This document shows positions 36,224 to 48,802 of a DNA stretch of 64,000 nt, piece after piece. A program made the translations under genes and the position numbers. Source of the stretch: Tubulanus polymorphus (lineage: Eukaryota > Animalia > Nemertea); assembly GCF_964204645.1 (NCBI RefSeq), contig NC_134036.1, forward strand, positions 9,713,859 to 9,777,858. The letters run 5' to 3'. The number at the start of each line of letters is the position of its first letter. The stretch's first letter is position 1. A model generated the notes under the pieces. It was not told the DNA's origin, did no database searches, and was given only the letters and a program-made list of their open reading frames with translations.

Positions 36224-36580
36224 TTATTTATCAAAAAAATTACTATCATCAAAATATTTAGTTAACTTATTTATGATTATTTCAACATTTATTTCATTAC
36301 TAGTTTCATTTGTATATATTTCAATTATTATTTTTTTAATATCATCGATGATAAAATCTTCATCTAATTCATAAAATCTTAAAGATTCTCCAATTAAATT
36401 AGTAATCTTTTCTACATTTAAAGTTTCTTTATCTATTGTTGTTTCATACTCAAATGTTGTTTCATTAGAAAATGCAATATTTTTGATATGTGTTATTACA
36501 TCATTAATATTAAATTTCATTTCTTTTTCGCGTTTAAAATCAAACCCAAAACATATACTCGGTCCAACAGTTATATTCAT
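36224..36580 (-). CDS. Acidic hypothetical protein
   Basis: 118 aa; T7-N6-TAAATG start; its stop abuts the next ATG. Confidence 0.7.
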   Translation of the reverse strand: MNITVGPSICFGFDFKREKEMKFNINDVITHIKNIAFSNETTFEYETTIDKETLNVEKITNLIGESLRFYELDEDFIIDDIKKIIIEIYTNETSNEINVEIIINKLTKYFDDSNFFDK

Positions 36581-36596
36581 TTATATATCAAAAAAA

Positions 36597-37349
36597 TTAC
36601 TCTCTACATCTTATAACTAATTCATAAATTACAGGGAAATTATTTAAATCAATTAAGTATCCATTATGATTTCTAATTTCTAATCTAAAATTATTAAATT
36701 TAGGAATACAAGGTTTGAAATCACATTCTGTTGAATTATAATTTATTTGAGTTCCAAATTGTTTAACATTTTTTAGCGGTAAAATATTTAGTATACTAGA
36801 ACTACAAATTGTTTCTTTAGTTGCTTCGAAAGTTTTTGTAGGCTCGATTAAATTGCAATAAATATAAAAGTGTGTAAAAGGTATTATATTTGATGTAGTA
36901 TCAACATTTGAATAATATTTATCTGGTGTAATTCCTAATAGTTTAGCTATAGGTTTTTTAACTGAAAATTGATATTTTTCATTATGAGCTAACCTTATCT
37001 TCATTTTATTAGAATTATCACTTTTCAAAAATCTAATGTTAAATTCAGTATCACTACCTAATTTGATCCGAGCTTTTTTATTAATTTCCTGCGCTAATGT
37101 ATTTAAATTATATAATCCTGGTTTTAAAAATAGATAATTCCATTTATCCTTACTCTTGATTGAAAAAAATAAATGTTCAAGACTTTTAGCTGTTATATTA
37201 TAAAAAGAATTACATAAACTTATATTAACTAATTTTAAATCTACACAATTCTTAAATTCTCTATCTAATTGTACTAATAAATTATGTGATTTATAATTTG
37301 TAAGTTTTCTAGAATCAACATATATTCTGTATTCTTTTAATTCCGCCAT
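36597..37349 (-). CDS. Minor capsid protein (penton, single jelly-roll)
   Basis: IYVDSR, NSFYNI, PGLYN, YIYCNLI and LEIRN..G.LIDLN motifs. Confidence 0.8.
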   Translation of the reverse strand: MAELKEYRIYVDSRKLTNYKSHNLLVQLDREFKNCVDLKLVNISLCNSFYNITAKSLEHLFFSIKSKDKWNYLFLKPGLYNLNTLAQEINKKARIKLGSDTEFNIRFLKSDNSNKMKIRLAHNEKYQFSVKKPIAKLLGITPDKYYSNVDTTSNIIPFTHFYIYCNLIEPTKTFEATKETICSSSILNILPLKNVKQFGTQINYNSTECDFKPCIPKFNNFRLEIRNHNGYLIDLNNFPVIYELVIRCRE

Positions 37350-37366
37350 TTATTTTACATATTTTC

Positions 37367-37708
37367 TTATTCGAAATCTATTTCATGGTGTCCTTTTTCA
37401 TTCTTACCTTTATATACGAAATAGAAATCTCCAGAACATAATTCTTCTAGATCTTCACTTGATAATCTATGAAATCTATCTGGTAAATAAGTTCTGAATT
37501 TATGTGTATTTCCTTTTAATCCTTCATATTCTAAATGAATTATTAATTTATCTCCATATTTGTTAGTAACTGTAACAATATTTGTAATTAAATATTTCTT
37601 GTGAATTGTTAACTCAGTTAGTTTTTTGAATTTATAATCTACAGATTTTACATTTGTGGTATCTTTAATTCTATCTAAGAATTCATTGTGTACTTGTTTG
37701 CTCTCCAT
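37367..37708 (-). CDS. Small putative OB-fold/ssDNA-binding protein
   Basis: 113 aa; TNKYG...YLPDRF...FVYKG pattern; adjacent to polB. The fold is inferred, not shown. Confidence 0.5.
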   Translation of the reverse strand: MESKQVHNEFLDRIKDTTNVKSVDYKFKKLTELTIHKKYLITNIVTVTNKYGDKLIIHLEYEGLKGNTHKFRTYLPDRFHRLSSEDLEELCSGDFYFVYKGKNEKGHHEIDFE

Positions 37709-37736
37709 TTATTATACAAATTTTTATTGAAATTTA

Positions 37737-40700
37737 TTAACACGCTAGAAACCTTTTCATAATCTCATTTTCTTTTGTTTCTTCTCTTTTGAATTTTATA
37801 TATTCATCTAAATTACAACCATAGGCGACTGTGTGGATTCCATCATCTAAAATATATCTTTTATCATCAAATGGGTTTAGACTTATCTTCTCTATCTCTT
37901 CAATATACATTTCATGATCTTCAGATCTTAAACATTTCATCTTATGTTTTCTAACTTCTTCATTAAATATACAATTGATGTAATCTTTGAAATGAATATT
38001 CTTTTCTACTACACTTTTGGTTATTCCTTTTAACTTTTTAGCTTCATGTTCTTTAGTTTTATATGAATACATTTTAGATCTAATACCAATGAACTCTATC
38101 ATTTCTTCACCGCCTAATTCATCCTTAAACTTACCAGGAATCTTTTTATTATCATTGCTAAATAGTTCATGATTTTTTGGATAGTTACTGAAATCAAAAT
38201 GGTGTTTTAATATTTTCAAATCATCTTTTATGTTATCAGTTTTTATCTTTAATATGTAACTGTCGGTATCAAAGTATAGAATTTCTATGTGTTTTTCTCC
38301 AAAATGGGGTTGTAATATGTTATAGTAAAATTTATACATTAATAACTTTGATAATTCTAAAACCGATGCACCAACATAAATAGGTTTATTGAACTTCATA
38401 GAAGTTCTTCTCATTTTAACTGCTGCTAAATTTTCATCAAATATTCTGTTACCTATGAATTTCGGATACGATTGTAAATGTCTAATTCTTTTACCATTAC
38501 TAACTAACTCAATATCACTTCTATTTCTTATGTTTTCACAAGTCTTACCATAAAATGCATTATTCATTAACTTAAAAAAATCCTTCTCAAAATCAGTTTT
38601 AGATTTAGTTCTCTGTGTAGTATTAAAATCTATATATTTTTCTAACCACTTAGATTGATTAAATGAAATATATCTATGTACTTTTTTTAATATCATTCCT
38701 TGATTCAAATAAAACTTCAACATTCTATAATGTACTACATAATTATATTTATCTTCTTGAGTTACCATTAACTTTTCAGTATGAATATGATTATCGGGTT
38801 TAATTCTTTTTTGATAATTTGATAATTCTTCATGTTTAACAGTTTTATGTTCGGGACAATATGCTAGATTTCTAGATTTGAATTTAATATTTTCAGGGTA
38901 TTCTAAATCTACAACAAAGAAGTAACCAATATCTGAATCATCTGCAATATCTAGGATTCTTTTCTTCCAATCAAATTTATCAATTTGTAAAACTTCAGTT
39001 ATTTCAAACATCCCATAAGGTTGTGGTTCCATCATTGCCCAACCATAAAGATTATTTGCATCTATGTATAATAATTTATATCCAGGATTATCATTTACAT
39101 TGAAATATCTATCACCCAATACACCTGAAACACCTCCTCTTATAGATTTTTCAAATAATAGTAATTGATCTATATTTGTTAACAAATCCATTTTTATAAA
39201 AATTTTAATCCACAATCCCATGTTAATCCTGGTGATGAATAACAATGACAAGGATCAATGTTAAAATATTTTAGGTTTACATCTCTAAACCTTTCGAATA
39301 TATCGGTTAATAATAATACATCTGATTTTAAATATAAATCTACTAATTGTCCATGATTTTTAATTTCGAAATGATTCCAAATATTCAATGTTCTATTATA
39401 GACTTCATCTTTAACATATTCATTTTTTAATTCATCATAGAATTGTTCTTTCAATAATTCAGTTATTTTAAAATCATTATGATTTTTATAGAAAGAATAT
39501 GGAATTGCACCTTTATATCTCATTAATTTAAAATCATCATAATTTGGGTAATATTCTTTTAATATCTTTAATTCATCATCAACTAATGATTTTGATAAAT
39601 TATCTAATGAACTTGCTAGAAATCTATAAGAATCTATAAATCTTAGACAACCAAATTGGAATGATATATAATTCTCAGATGTTTTAGCTAACATTCTAAA
39701 TTTATAAGTTGGTATTTTATCTTTTGATCTATTTGAATTTAATATTTCTATTCCATTATTGATTTCTTCTATTTTATGACACAGTTGTTTGATAAATAAA
39801 TGTGCGTCATATCCTGATAGATTATGAAATATAACTGGTACAAAGTTAATTTTCTTAGCTTGTAAGTTACAATTCTCATGTGCAGCGCCTCTAAACTTTC
39901 CATTCAAATGATCATGGTCTCTTACTTTTTTATCTTTATAATTAAATATCTTTTCACAATAATAACATTTATCTGCAAACTCAAATGCTTCTTTATCTTC
40001 TTCCGTCATTATAATTTCTATATTTGTATCCAATAGTTTACTAAATCTTATTTCATATTCAATTAATAAGTCACAAAAATGATTGATAACATTTTCATTT
40101 CTATAATGATAATATTCACTTTCAATTAGTTCTGGATAATCAGATTTTATATATAACCCGAAAGCAGCAGCTGATTGATGAATCTTTTTAATTGTATTTG
40201 TTTTTGGTGGTTCTTCTGAATAATCACTTTCATTAGAATTTAATTTCTTTCTTTTATAATATATATCTTTTCTATCTTTATCTGTTAATTCTTTATTTAA
40301 TGATTCAAAATCTCCATATATTACAAATGGTACTTTATTTTTGTAATCATATTTTTTGAATTCTAATATTTTATCTTTTTCATTTGGTAAAACTAATTTA
40401 CAATAATCATGATTATCACATAGTTGTTTATGATTTAATAATGCACCTTCAGTTCTGAATTTATGTAAACATAGTCTACATAGATATATTTTATTATCAA
40501 AATCATTTTCTGATTTAAAAAATAAATCGATTTGTTTAATCCACATATAATGATTCTCATAATATAGTATATCTATAACATCATTTGAATCATAATCTTT
40601 TGATAGGTATAAAGGTTCTAATGTATAATGTTTAATATTATTTCCTTTTGTATTTGGTAATTTAATTAAATCAAATACATTTATTTTAAGATTATTATCT

Positions 40701-41764
40701 CTTTCTATTTTTGGAATATTTTTAATTCTAACAGGATACTTATCTATCTTATAATTATTTTCAAATTGTTTATAATGAGTTAATCTAAAACTATGTGTAA
40801 TATCTTCTGTTGGATGTAAACAACTTATTATAGCCCATAGTAAACATTTATCATCAAAATTTTGTACATTTATTACAGCATTAGTTTTAAATGGTAGTTT
40901 AATATAACTTGTTCCATTTATATTATCATCTTTATAATATGATAAATTATTTTCATCAATTGGTTTTGATTTAGTTAACTTATTATATTTTGTGTTATAA
41001 ACATGTAAAGTTATAAATATTATTTCATCAAATATTAAACCAGATCCTTCAAAATATTTCTCTTCTATTTTAGTTTTTATTTCATTATAACATTTATTTA
41101 ATTTATCATCTATATGTTGTTTAGATATAATATGTTGTGAATGAGAATTTATATTATATATTGGTTTATCTTCAGATTTTATAAACTTTACTTTAACTGA
41201 TATACTAATTTTAGGATATTCAACATCTGTAATTATTTTTATTATTTCTTTCATATTTTCTAAATGTTTTTTATTTTCTTCTAATGTTTTACCTTTATGA
41301 AATTTAAACTCGATAGCTGCTGGACCAATATCACTTTTAAATGCTTCGGTTATCTCTATATCTTTTTTATTATCTAATGAATTAATATAATTTCTTACAT
41401 CTTCCATATATGGTCTTTTATTGTTTAATTTATTTTTTATTCTTTTAATTGTCTTCTGTTTCTTATCGTTATCATTATCAAAATAATCTTCACCTAAAAT
41501 ATCATTATTCTTATTTCTAATATGACTTATAGATTTTAAATGTTCTTTATAATATCTTTTATCACTGAATGATTGATTACATGTATCACATTTGTATGTT
41601 TCCTTTTCATTCTTTAATTCTTCTAATTTAGTTTCTAATATATCATCCTTATATTCTAGTTTCAATTTATTCTCTAAATGTGTTATAGTTTTATTGTGTC
41701 TTGCTTTTTGAGACTTATCTATATCGATATTACATGTTGGGCAGTAGTATTTATTTGCTTCCAT
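37737..41764 (-). pseudogene. polB: Protein-primed family B DNA polymerase split by one frameshift at ~39195
   Basis: Exo YGDFES, FHNLSGYD and YLKSDV; Pol YIDANNLYG, KLMNNAFYGK, YFDTDS and KMY; EndoVII-like CYYC..DHDH..G..RG..H..CN insert. SPGLTWDCGLKF continues as IKMDLL in another frame. Confidence 0.97.
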
Positions 41765-42221
41765 TTTAATACTATATTTTTTATTAAAATTGATTTTAGA
41801 AGTTCAATGATTTAAATGTTATTCATATATGTGAATATTTTAAGAGTAATAGGGGTTTAGTTGTTTCATATCAAAGGTTTAATGATCGAGTTCATTAATA
41901 ACAAAATATTAAAAGTAATTAAAAAACTATAATATATTTTCATAACCGTGTGTATTTCAGTTGAACAATAGAATAATTATTATCATTTGAATATATTTGA
42001 TTATATAAATTTGTGTATTGTAATTAAATCAATTGGTCGCGGTTGATTTAATACAATATGCTTTTTATATTATTAATATCTTAGAATAAATATTTAGTTT
42101 TAATATAAAATACACACGGTTATGAAAATATATTATAGTTTTTTAATTACTTTTAATATTTTGTTTTTTAATGGGCTCGACCGTTCGACCTTTGGTATGA
42201 AACAACTAAACCCCTATTACT
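41676..42221 (-). repeat. Right TIR (546 bp); 41845-42221 is an internal imperfect palindrome
   Basis: Reverse complement of the left TIR, lacking 30 bp at the hairpin apex. Confidence 0.95.
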
Positions 42222-42411
42222 CATATTGATTGTCCGAGTGAATTGATTTCGGCGATGATCGATCAGGCAATGAACGAATTTCTAGGGCTCTTCGATAACA
42301 AATCGTAAATCACCTTTGGTTTGAGATATCATTACCATAGTTGTTGAAATTCTTTTACCAGTAGTAGGGCCTACATAGGTGGCGGTGTAATGCATGACTA
42401 CTGCCCTGACG

Positions 42412-45400
42412 AATAATAATAATAAAAAGTTCTTTTAAAGCGCTTTTCCGCAGTATCCCACGCTCAAAGCGCTATCTCCTGGAAATACTGCAAAAACAGA
42501 TATGTCTTTAGAGCGTTGTGAAAAGATCCTTCGTCAACGGTGGAACGAATGGAAATGGGTAGTCTATTCCAAAGGTAGGGTGCACAGCTAGAAAAGGCAC
42601 GGTCGCCATATTTGGATTTAGAACGAGGACCGTGTAAAGCAAGGCTGGTGGAAGAACGAGTGCGCCCCTCTACCCTACGTAGCAGATTTGACAAGTAAAC
42701 TGGAGCACATCCATGGATACAACGGTGTACGGTTGACAAGATCTTAAACTCGATTCTAGCCTGGACAGGCAGCCAATGGAGTTCTATGAGAATAGGTGCT
42801 ATTGTATCAAACTTCCTTTTACGACACACTAATCTGGCTGCCATATTTTGTACTCGCTGAAGAGGCGCTAATGTTTTTACTGGTAGTCCGAAAAGTATTC
42901 CATTGTTAAAATCAAGACGGGACAGGACGAAAGCATGAACTAATTTTATAGTGCTGTTTTGGTCCAAGAATCGGCGTATGCGACCAATTTTATACAAAGA
43001 CGCGTAAGCAGCTTTACAAGAACGTTTAATATGCTCCTGCATAGTCATACCCTGGTCCAACCAAGCCCATAGGTCCTTAACAGACTCAGAGGTTGTAATC
43101 GGAACACCGTCTACTTCAATCTCAGGCACTGATCCAACTTTTCTCGTAGACACAAGATTAACAGCCTCCGTCTTTGGAGGGTTCAGCGCGAGCTTATTAG
43201 CAGTAAGCCATGATTTAATATCCGTTATACAGGTCTCCCATGTTTTTCACCATTATGTCACGCTGAGTGCGATCACCGAGCGCAACCGAATCAATAAGCT
43301 GATTATCATCAGCAAACAGTTGATAATCCAAGGAATGATCACGCATCACATTGCTCAGCGGAAGGGTGTAGACAGTGAACAATATAGGGCCGAGCACTGA
43401 TCCCTGCGGCACACCAAATTGGAGAGGAACGGATTCAGACAGTTGACCGGAGATGTAGATTGAAAGAGTTCTCCCCTGCAGATACGATTCAAACCAGCAC
43501 AATGCCACATCACTCACTCCAATACACGTTCGGAGCCTTTCAAGCATGATAGTATGGTCAACGGTATCAAAAGCAGCGGTTAAATCCAATTACGTTAGAA
43601 GCACTTCATGGCCAAAGTCCAACGATGTAAGAATCTGGTCAGTTACTTTCATTAATACCGACTCAGTACTATGGCCTCTTCGATACGCCGATTGGTTCGG
43701 GTCGTAGAGACCGTTTAGTGTCATGTGAGTGATGAGACGCACAGCTGCAACACGTTCGATTAGCTTGGACAAATAGCTCAAGTTAGAAACAGGCCTGAAA
43801 CTCCCGCGGGCATCCTTGTCCATTGAGGGTTTTTTGAGAAGTGGCTTCACAATCGCAAATTTCAAAGCAGTAGGACACTGCCCACTCTCCAACGATTTAT
43901 TTACTATGTACACTAACACAGGTAGTAATGACTCGATACACCCCTTTATTTCAACTGTTGGAATGGGGTCGAGAGAACAACACTTAGACGGAAGCGATAA
44001 CACCAGCTTTTTTATTTCATCTCCGGTAGCTGGTACAAAACTATCGAAGACTTGAACATTGGTATTTAGGGTATCCTCGGATGATACAGCATCAACTAAG
44101 TCAAGCCTTTCGCGAATAGTTGCGATCTTCTGCATAAAAACGAGCAAAATTCCTCAGCAAGTTTTTTAGGGTCCGAGTGTTCAGGCAAAGGTGAACATTT
44201 TTCCTTGCCAAGAAGCTTATCGACCAAGTGGAACAGCTCTTTACTATTTCCAGAACAAATCTTTGACCTGTGATATTCAAGTTTCAAATTTTCAATGATA
44301 TTACAAACAGCTTGACTCTGAGCACGAAACAGCTGTCTGTTAATCTCTGTTTTGTCCTTTCTCCACTTTCGTTCAAGTTTCCGTCTAACACGTCTAGCCT
44401 GTTTTATCTCATCATTAAGCCACGGAGTGTCGGGCCAACTCCAACTGATTTGGTGATCTCCGGAGCATGTTTATCCAAGATGCAGAAATTGTACTGTTCG
44501 ACCAATGCATCCAGGTCCTCGTTTGGATTTAACAACAGTTCGGAGTTTTCAATGTCATGATTGAAAGCATTATAATCAATGTCCTTAATCCTTCTGAATG
44601 TGACAGTTTTCTTTGCATGGCGTGGCTTATCAACTGATAAACTAAACTGAACCGCAAAACGATCCGGTGGCAATGATGGATCAACGCGCACATCAGAGAT
44701 CAAACTCATACTCGCAGATGGAACAATCACCAAGTCTATTATATGTCCCTTCACATGTGTTGGTTCCTGTACTAACTGAACCGGACCAAAAGTTTCCAAA
44801 AGCAGCAAAAAACTAGCAACAGCTGAATTGTCTGGTTTGTCCACATGGATGTTGAAATCGCCACAAATCAGGAGATGCTCTGTTTCCGGTACCACACGCT
44901 CGAGAAGAGAACCAAACTCATTCACAAACTCACTAACAAATCTTGGATGTGGATCAGGTCTATAAATCACAATGACCCTCAAAGTAACTGATTGATAAGC
45001 AACTGACAAATCCAAGTGTTCAAAGTACTGAAATTCCACTCGCTCATTGGCTTCTACACCTAAGCCGTCTCTATACAATAATCCCACTCCACCACCAGTC
45101 TTTGAAACTCTTGGTCTATGAATAAAGTTACATCCGGGAATCTGATTCTTCAAAGAAGAGATAACTATATTATCAGCATCATCCCCTCTCAGCCATGTTT
45201 CAGTCACAATAGCAAGGGCAGATTTGTTTTCACAGACTGATTCACATGGAGGAATCACTTTTCCTCTTAAAGATCTAGCATTCCAAACTGTCACATTAGC
45301 ACATGATTGACCTCTACTATGTCTGCCTGCCCTTTTACCACGCCTAGTCGCACACCGTTTATAAATATTAAGCTCCCTCAAATGTCCTTCCGATTTAGGT

Positions 45401-45690
45401 AATAAAGATCCGTGACTTGGTAGTTTAAGTTCAACCAGTTCAGCTACTGTATACATAGAATATACAGGGTCACTAAATATGGTGGCAGACAGAAAATAAA
45501 TCCATTTTAGAATATAAATCCAATAAAAGTCCGGTAACATTTCGATTTTTCCACTTTCTTCGTTCTACAGTTACGAGCATAATCACAGCATATTCATAAA
45601 CACATCTGAACACTTGACATAGGATTATCATCTTAAATTCCATGAATAATTTGAAGTTTTCCAGGAGACTCAGAGAGCAGCTGTCACGCG
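42412..45690 (-). mobile_element. Near full-length L2/CR1-group LINE (APE + RT), decayed
   Basis: APE motifs WNARSL, VTETWL, GDFNIH and PTH..GH..DL; RT motifs RPVSNL, DLTAAFDTVDH, GVPQGSVLGP and FADD; (TTA)n tail at ~42412-42424; several stops and frameshifts. Confidence 0.93.
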
Positions 45691-45840
45691 CTCATCTGAT
45701 CAACTATAAATCACAACACATTGTTCGTAATGTGGCGCATCACCATTTGAACAGTACCCATTGATTTGGTTTTGGGACATCTATAACTGATATCAAACAA
45801 ATAGCATCGGAACAGTTTGACGAACTAGAAGCTTTTTTTG

Positions 45841-46882
45841 TTAGCAATTTGTGAGTTTTAACAATGCAGATTATTCTTATTAAGGTCAGCTTAGCCAGCT
45901 AATCTTCAAGTTGCCCATTGTTCATATGAGAATGAATCTCTATCATTTAGCGTTGTTTTGTCTACGTAGCTCCCGGCAGCGTTGTTCAACTAATTGCAAA
46001 ATTTGCTATCCAATTCCTATGGACATATAAATGGATGGGGTACGAAATAATTAATTTCCACTGGTGGTAAAAGCATGGGACGATTTACGCTGTGACTCCA
46101 CTGGAATTCAACGTTTTAGTCATGTAAATATGTAAGTGATATTTTGGACTATGGCGCAGTGCTTTTTTGTTTCGCAAATCGTCAAAGCTACGTCACACTA
46201 GAGCCACGGCTATGTCGATGAACTGCCTTGATGCCCCAGCATAAGCAGTGGATGTTTTTGATGAGAAATAGCCTCAACATATTCTGTATGACTACATCCT
46301 TCCACGCCTATCATTAACTGTCCAGACACTCGATCTATGTTGGAAGCCGATAAATTTCTGAACTATACCATCCAACCTTGCTCAAACATCTTCCAAGGAA
46401 ACTAAACGCAACTTCCATTTTTGGAGGTTGAACCAAATTTTGCCGCGCAACACTCGTCCTGAAAGTTTTCCTTAGTAGCGGTTGACAAATATTAGATAAA
46501 CATTATAACATTGACTGTACCGACCTGCTAACCATTATGGTTTTTTTCCGGTGAATGGTTACGTATATTAAAGTAAAATTGCGGTGTTACGTTTTTCCAG
46601 AAATGCTACCTATTTGATTTAAATTCTGAATCCGGGAAATATTTTTCCATAAGTTTATTAAATATCATTTTTACAGAAATAGAGATCGTCGTATTGTTCA
46701 TTTACTTGCTTTTGCCGTAAATCACCCCTTAATAAATTGTTAACGATCTTTGGTGGAACACTGACTACTTCGTGACCCGCTGTTGTGAAGTACCACTAGC
46801 TACAGCCATCTATGTATAATCTAAAATGGCGTCTGGTATGGATAATTCTGTCATGTCTGGTGCCGAGTTCTCTTCAGATCCA
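45841..46882. repeat. Copy 2 of the 1.04-kb repeat (see 644-1684)
   Basis: Direct sequence match; abuts the truncated MULE ORF. Confidence 0.85.
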
Positions 46883-48802
46883 GCAAAGCAGCTTGACACT
46901 ATTAGGAAGCATCATTATAGCACTGTTCATGTGTGCATGCTCCCCATCCATACCAACACACTGTATTTGAGACAGAGACCTTTTCAACCTTGTCAAACAA
47001 TTCCAAAAGTAACAATATGACATGGTATCCCGTTTATTATGTATGAACATTGGTCCCGCCATATAAGGGTGTTTACCCATGGATTTTCCAGAATTATGTT
47101 CGATGGCAAGATTTTGGAAAAAAGTTGTCGTCACATAGAAGTTGGCAAGAACAAATGTGCCATCAATGTGGAGAACACTGAACTTATCTGGGTTACAACA
47201 AAATGTCTCCATTTGAGTTAACTGTTCATCAGTACAAAGGACATACTGGATAACATCACCACTTAGGTTCATTTCACGGAGAAATGAAGAACATTTTAGT
47301 TGTGCGAGTAATTCTTTCATTTCATCAGTTTTTGAAGGCGCACTATTTCGAATGTTGTATATCTGCTTAACATTCCTCACTTGTCCAGCTATGTTATTAT
47401 CATGAGACTTTTCTGTCAATATCTTGAAAGCTTTTTTTGGTTTCTCTGTACAGTTTTTTATTTTGTCGAAAACATCCGGATTGGTTTGATAATATGGACG
47501 TTTTGAACAAATACTATTTCCATGTGCAGGAAAAACCAAATCACGTGATGAACCGCCTTTTAATGAATATTGAACAATGGCAAAAGGTATGGACTTTCTA
47601 CCTTCCTTTTTTTCGATCGAAGATATCAGACGATGAAACAACACCCCATCAGCATGGTCTTTTGTTCCCTTATGGGTACCATACTGTCTAAGCAATATAA
47701 AGTCATAGTTGTCTTTATTTCCCACCTGAAGTGTGCCATCGTCGTCTCTTTTTATGTATTTTCTGGGGCGACTGGTGTCCCACCTCCCGTTGCCATCGGC
47801 ATACAGGTTTTTAAGCGGAACAGAATTTAAACTGACCAAAAATGCTGCATCTCTTCTTATTCCAGCTGGCTGTACATGACAAATTTGCTCAGGCTGTTGA
47901 CTTCCAGCATGTAATAACGTTTCAACAATCGTTTTATAATCCGACGCAGTGCCACACAGTGGAAGATTCCGATCCGATTCATAGAATTCTATTTGCATCT
48001 CATCTTGTTGCATCTTGCTACAAGGACAAAACGTACAATACTAATGTAGATGTCTAAGGGACCGTTCATTTGTATTGTATGTATATTTGACGATTTTGCT
48101 GAAATAAATCTTTTGTATTCCCTCTGTGTGATTTAAGGATTTTATATTCTCTATTGCTTTCTTTATATTTTAAAATATTGACTGCGACATCGACAGTTAT
48201 TTTATTTGCACTATTTTAGAATTAATACCCGGTACTATATAGACGCCACCTATCCACTGAAAACATGTTATGCTCAAAGATAAAAACATCAAATTTGTAT
48301 ACAAACAAATATCATTATTGCGTATGTACTTGGGGAGGGGGTGGCGTTAAGTGAATAGTACAGCTGCGTACAAGGGTCTAAAAATCGGTAGATTTTTGCG
48401 TACGTACTAAATGGATGGTCCCCAATGGTAAATTACACACGTGGCTAGTTTTAAGCGCTTTAGCCGAAAACTCAGTGAAGTTCTTTAAATTATCCTTAGC
48501 AAGTTTGAAAGCTCCTTAATTGCTTCTTAAAATAACTTTTATCTTATAAATTCAATTAATACCAGTAGTACAAATTATGAAGTTCTTACCAATCAGATAC
48601 ATCACACTCATCGTCATCAGAAGTGATAACAATAGTAGACCTATCTACAACAGCCTCATCACGACCGGATACATCACACTCATTGTCATCAGAAAAAGTA
48701 GTAGACCTATCTATAACAGCCTCATCACAGCCGGATACATCACACTCATTGTCATCAGAAAAAGTAGTAGACCTATCTACAACAGCCTCATCACAACCGG
48801 AT
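46883..48802 (-). pseudogene. Spliced MULE-family transposase, 3'-truncated
   Basis: LHIDGTF, HPYMAGP.FIH, GMDGE and LLCW motifs. Upstream exon 48590-48802 joins in phase via a GT-AG intron at 48018-48589. Confidence 0.8.
48057..48423. mobile_element. Harbinger-like MITE relic in the intron
   Basis: Imperfect TIRs GGGACCGTTCATTT / AAATGGATGGTCCC. Confidence 0.45.

Larger units (their letters stand above)
23613..42221. mobile_element. Complete Polinton/Maverick (adintovirus-like endogenous virus), 18,609 bp
   Basis: 5'-AGT...ACT-3' ends, perfect 6-bp TSD CATATT (23607-23612, 42222-42227), long TIRs, and pPolB, integrase, ATPase, MCP and penton genes; sharply more AT-rich than the flanks. Confidence 0.98.

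Noticed and set aside
39190-39210. Programmed -1 frameshift in polB
   Set aside because: A-TTT-TTA is not a canonical slippery heptamer and residues appear missing relative to the usual motif spacing; a small deletion or assembly error is more likely.
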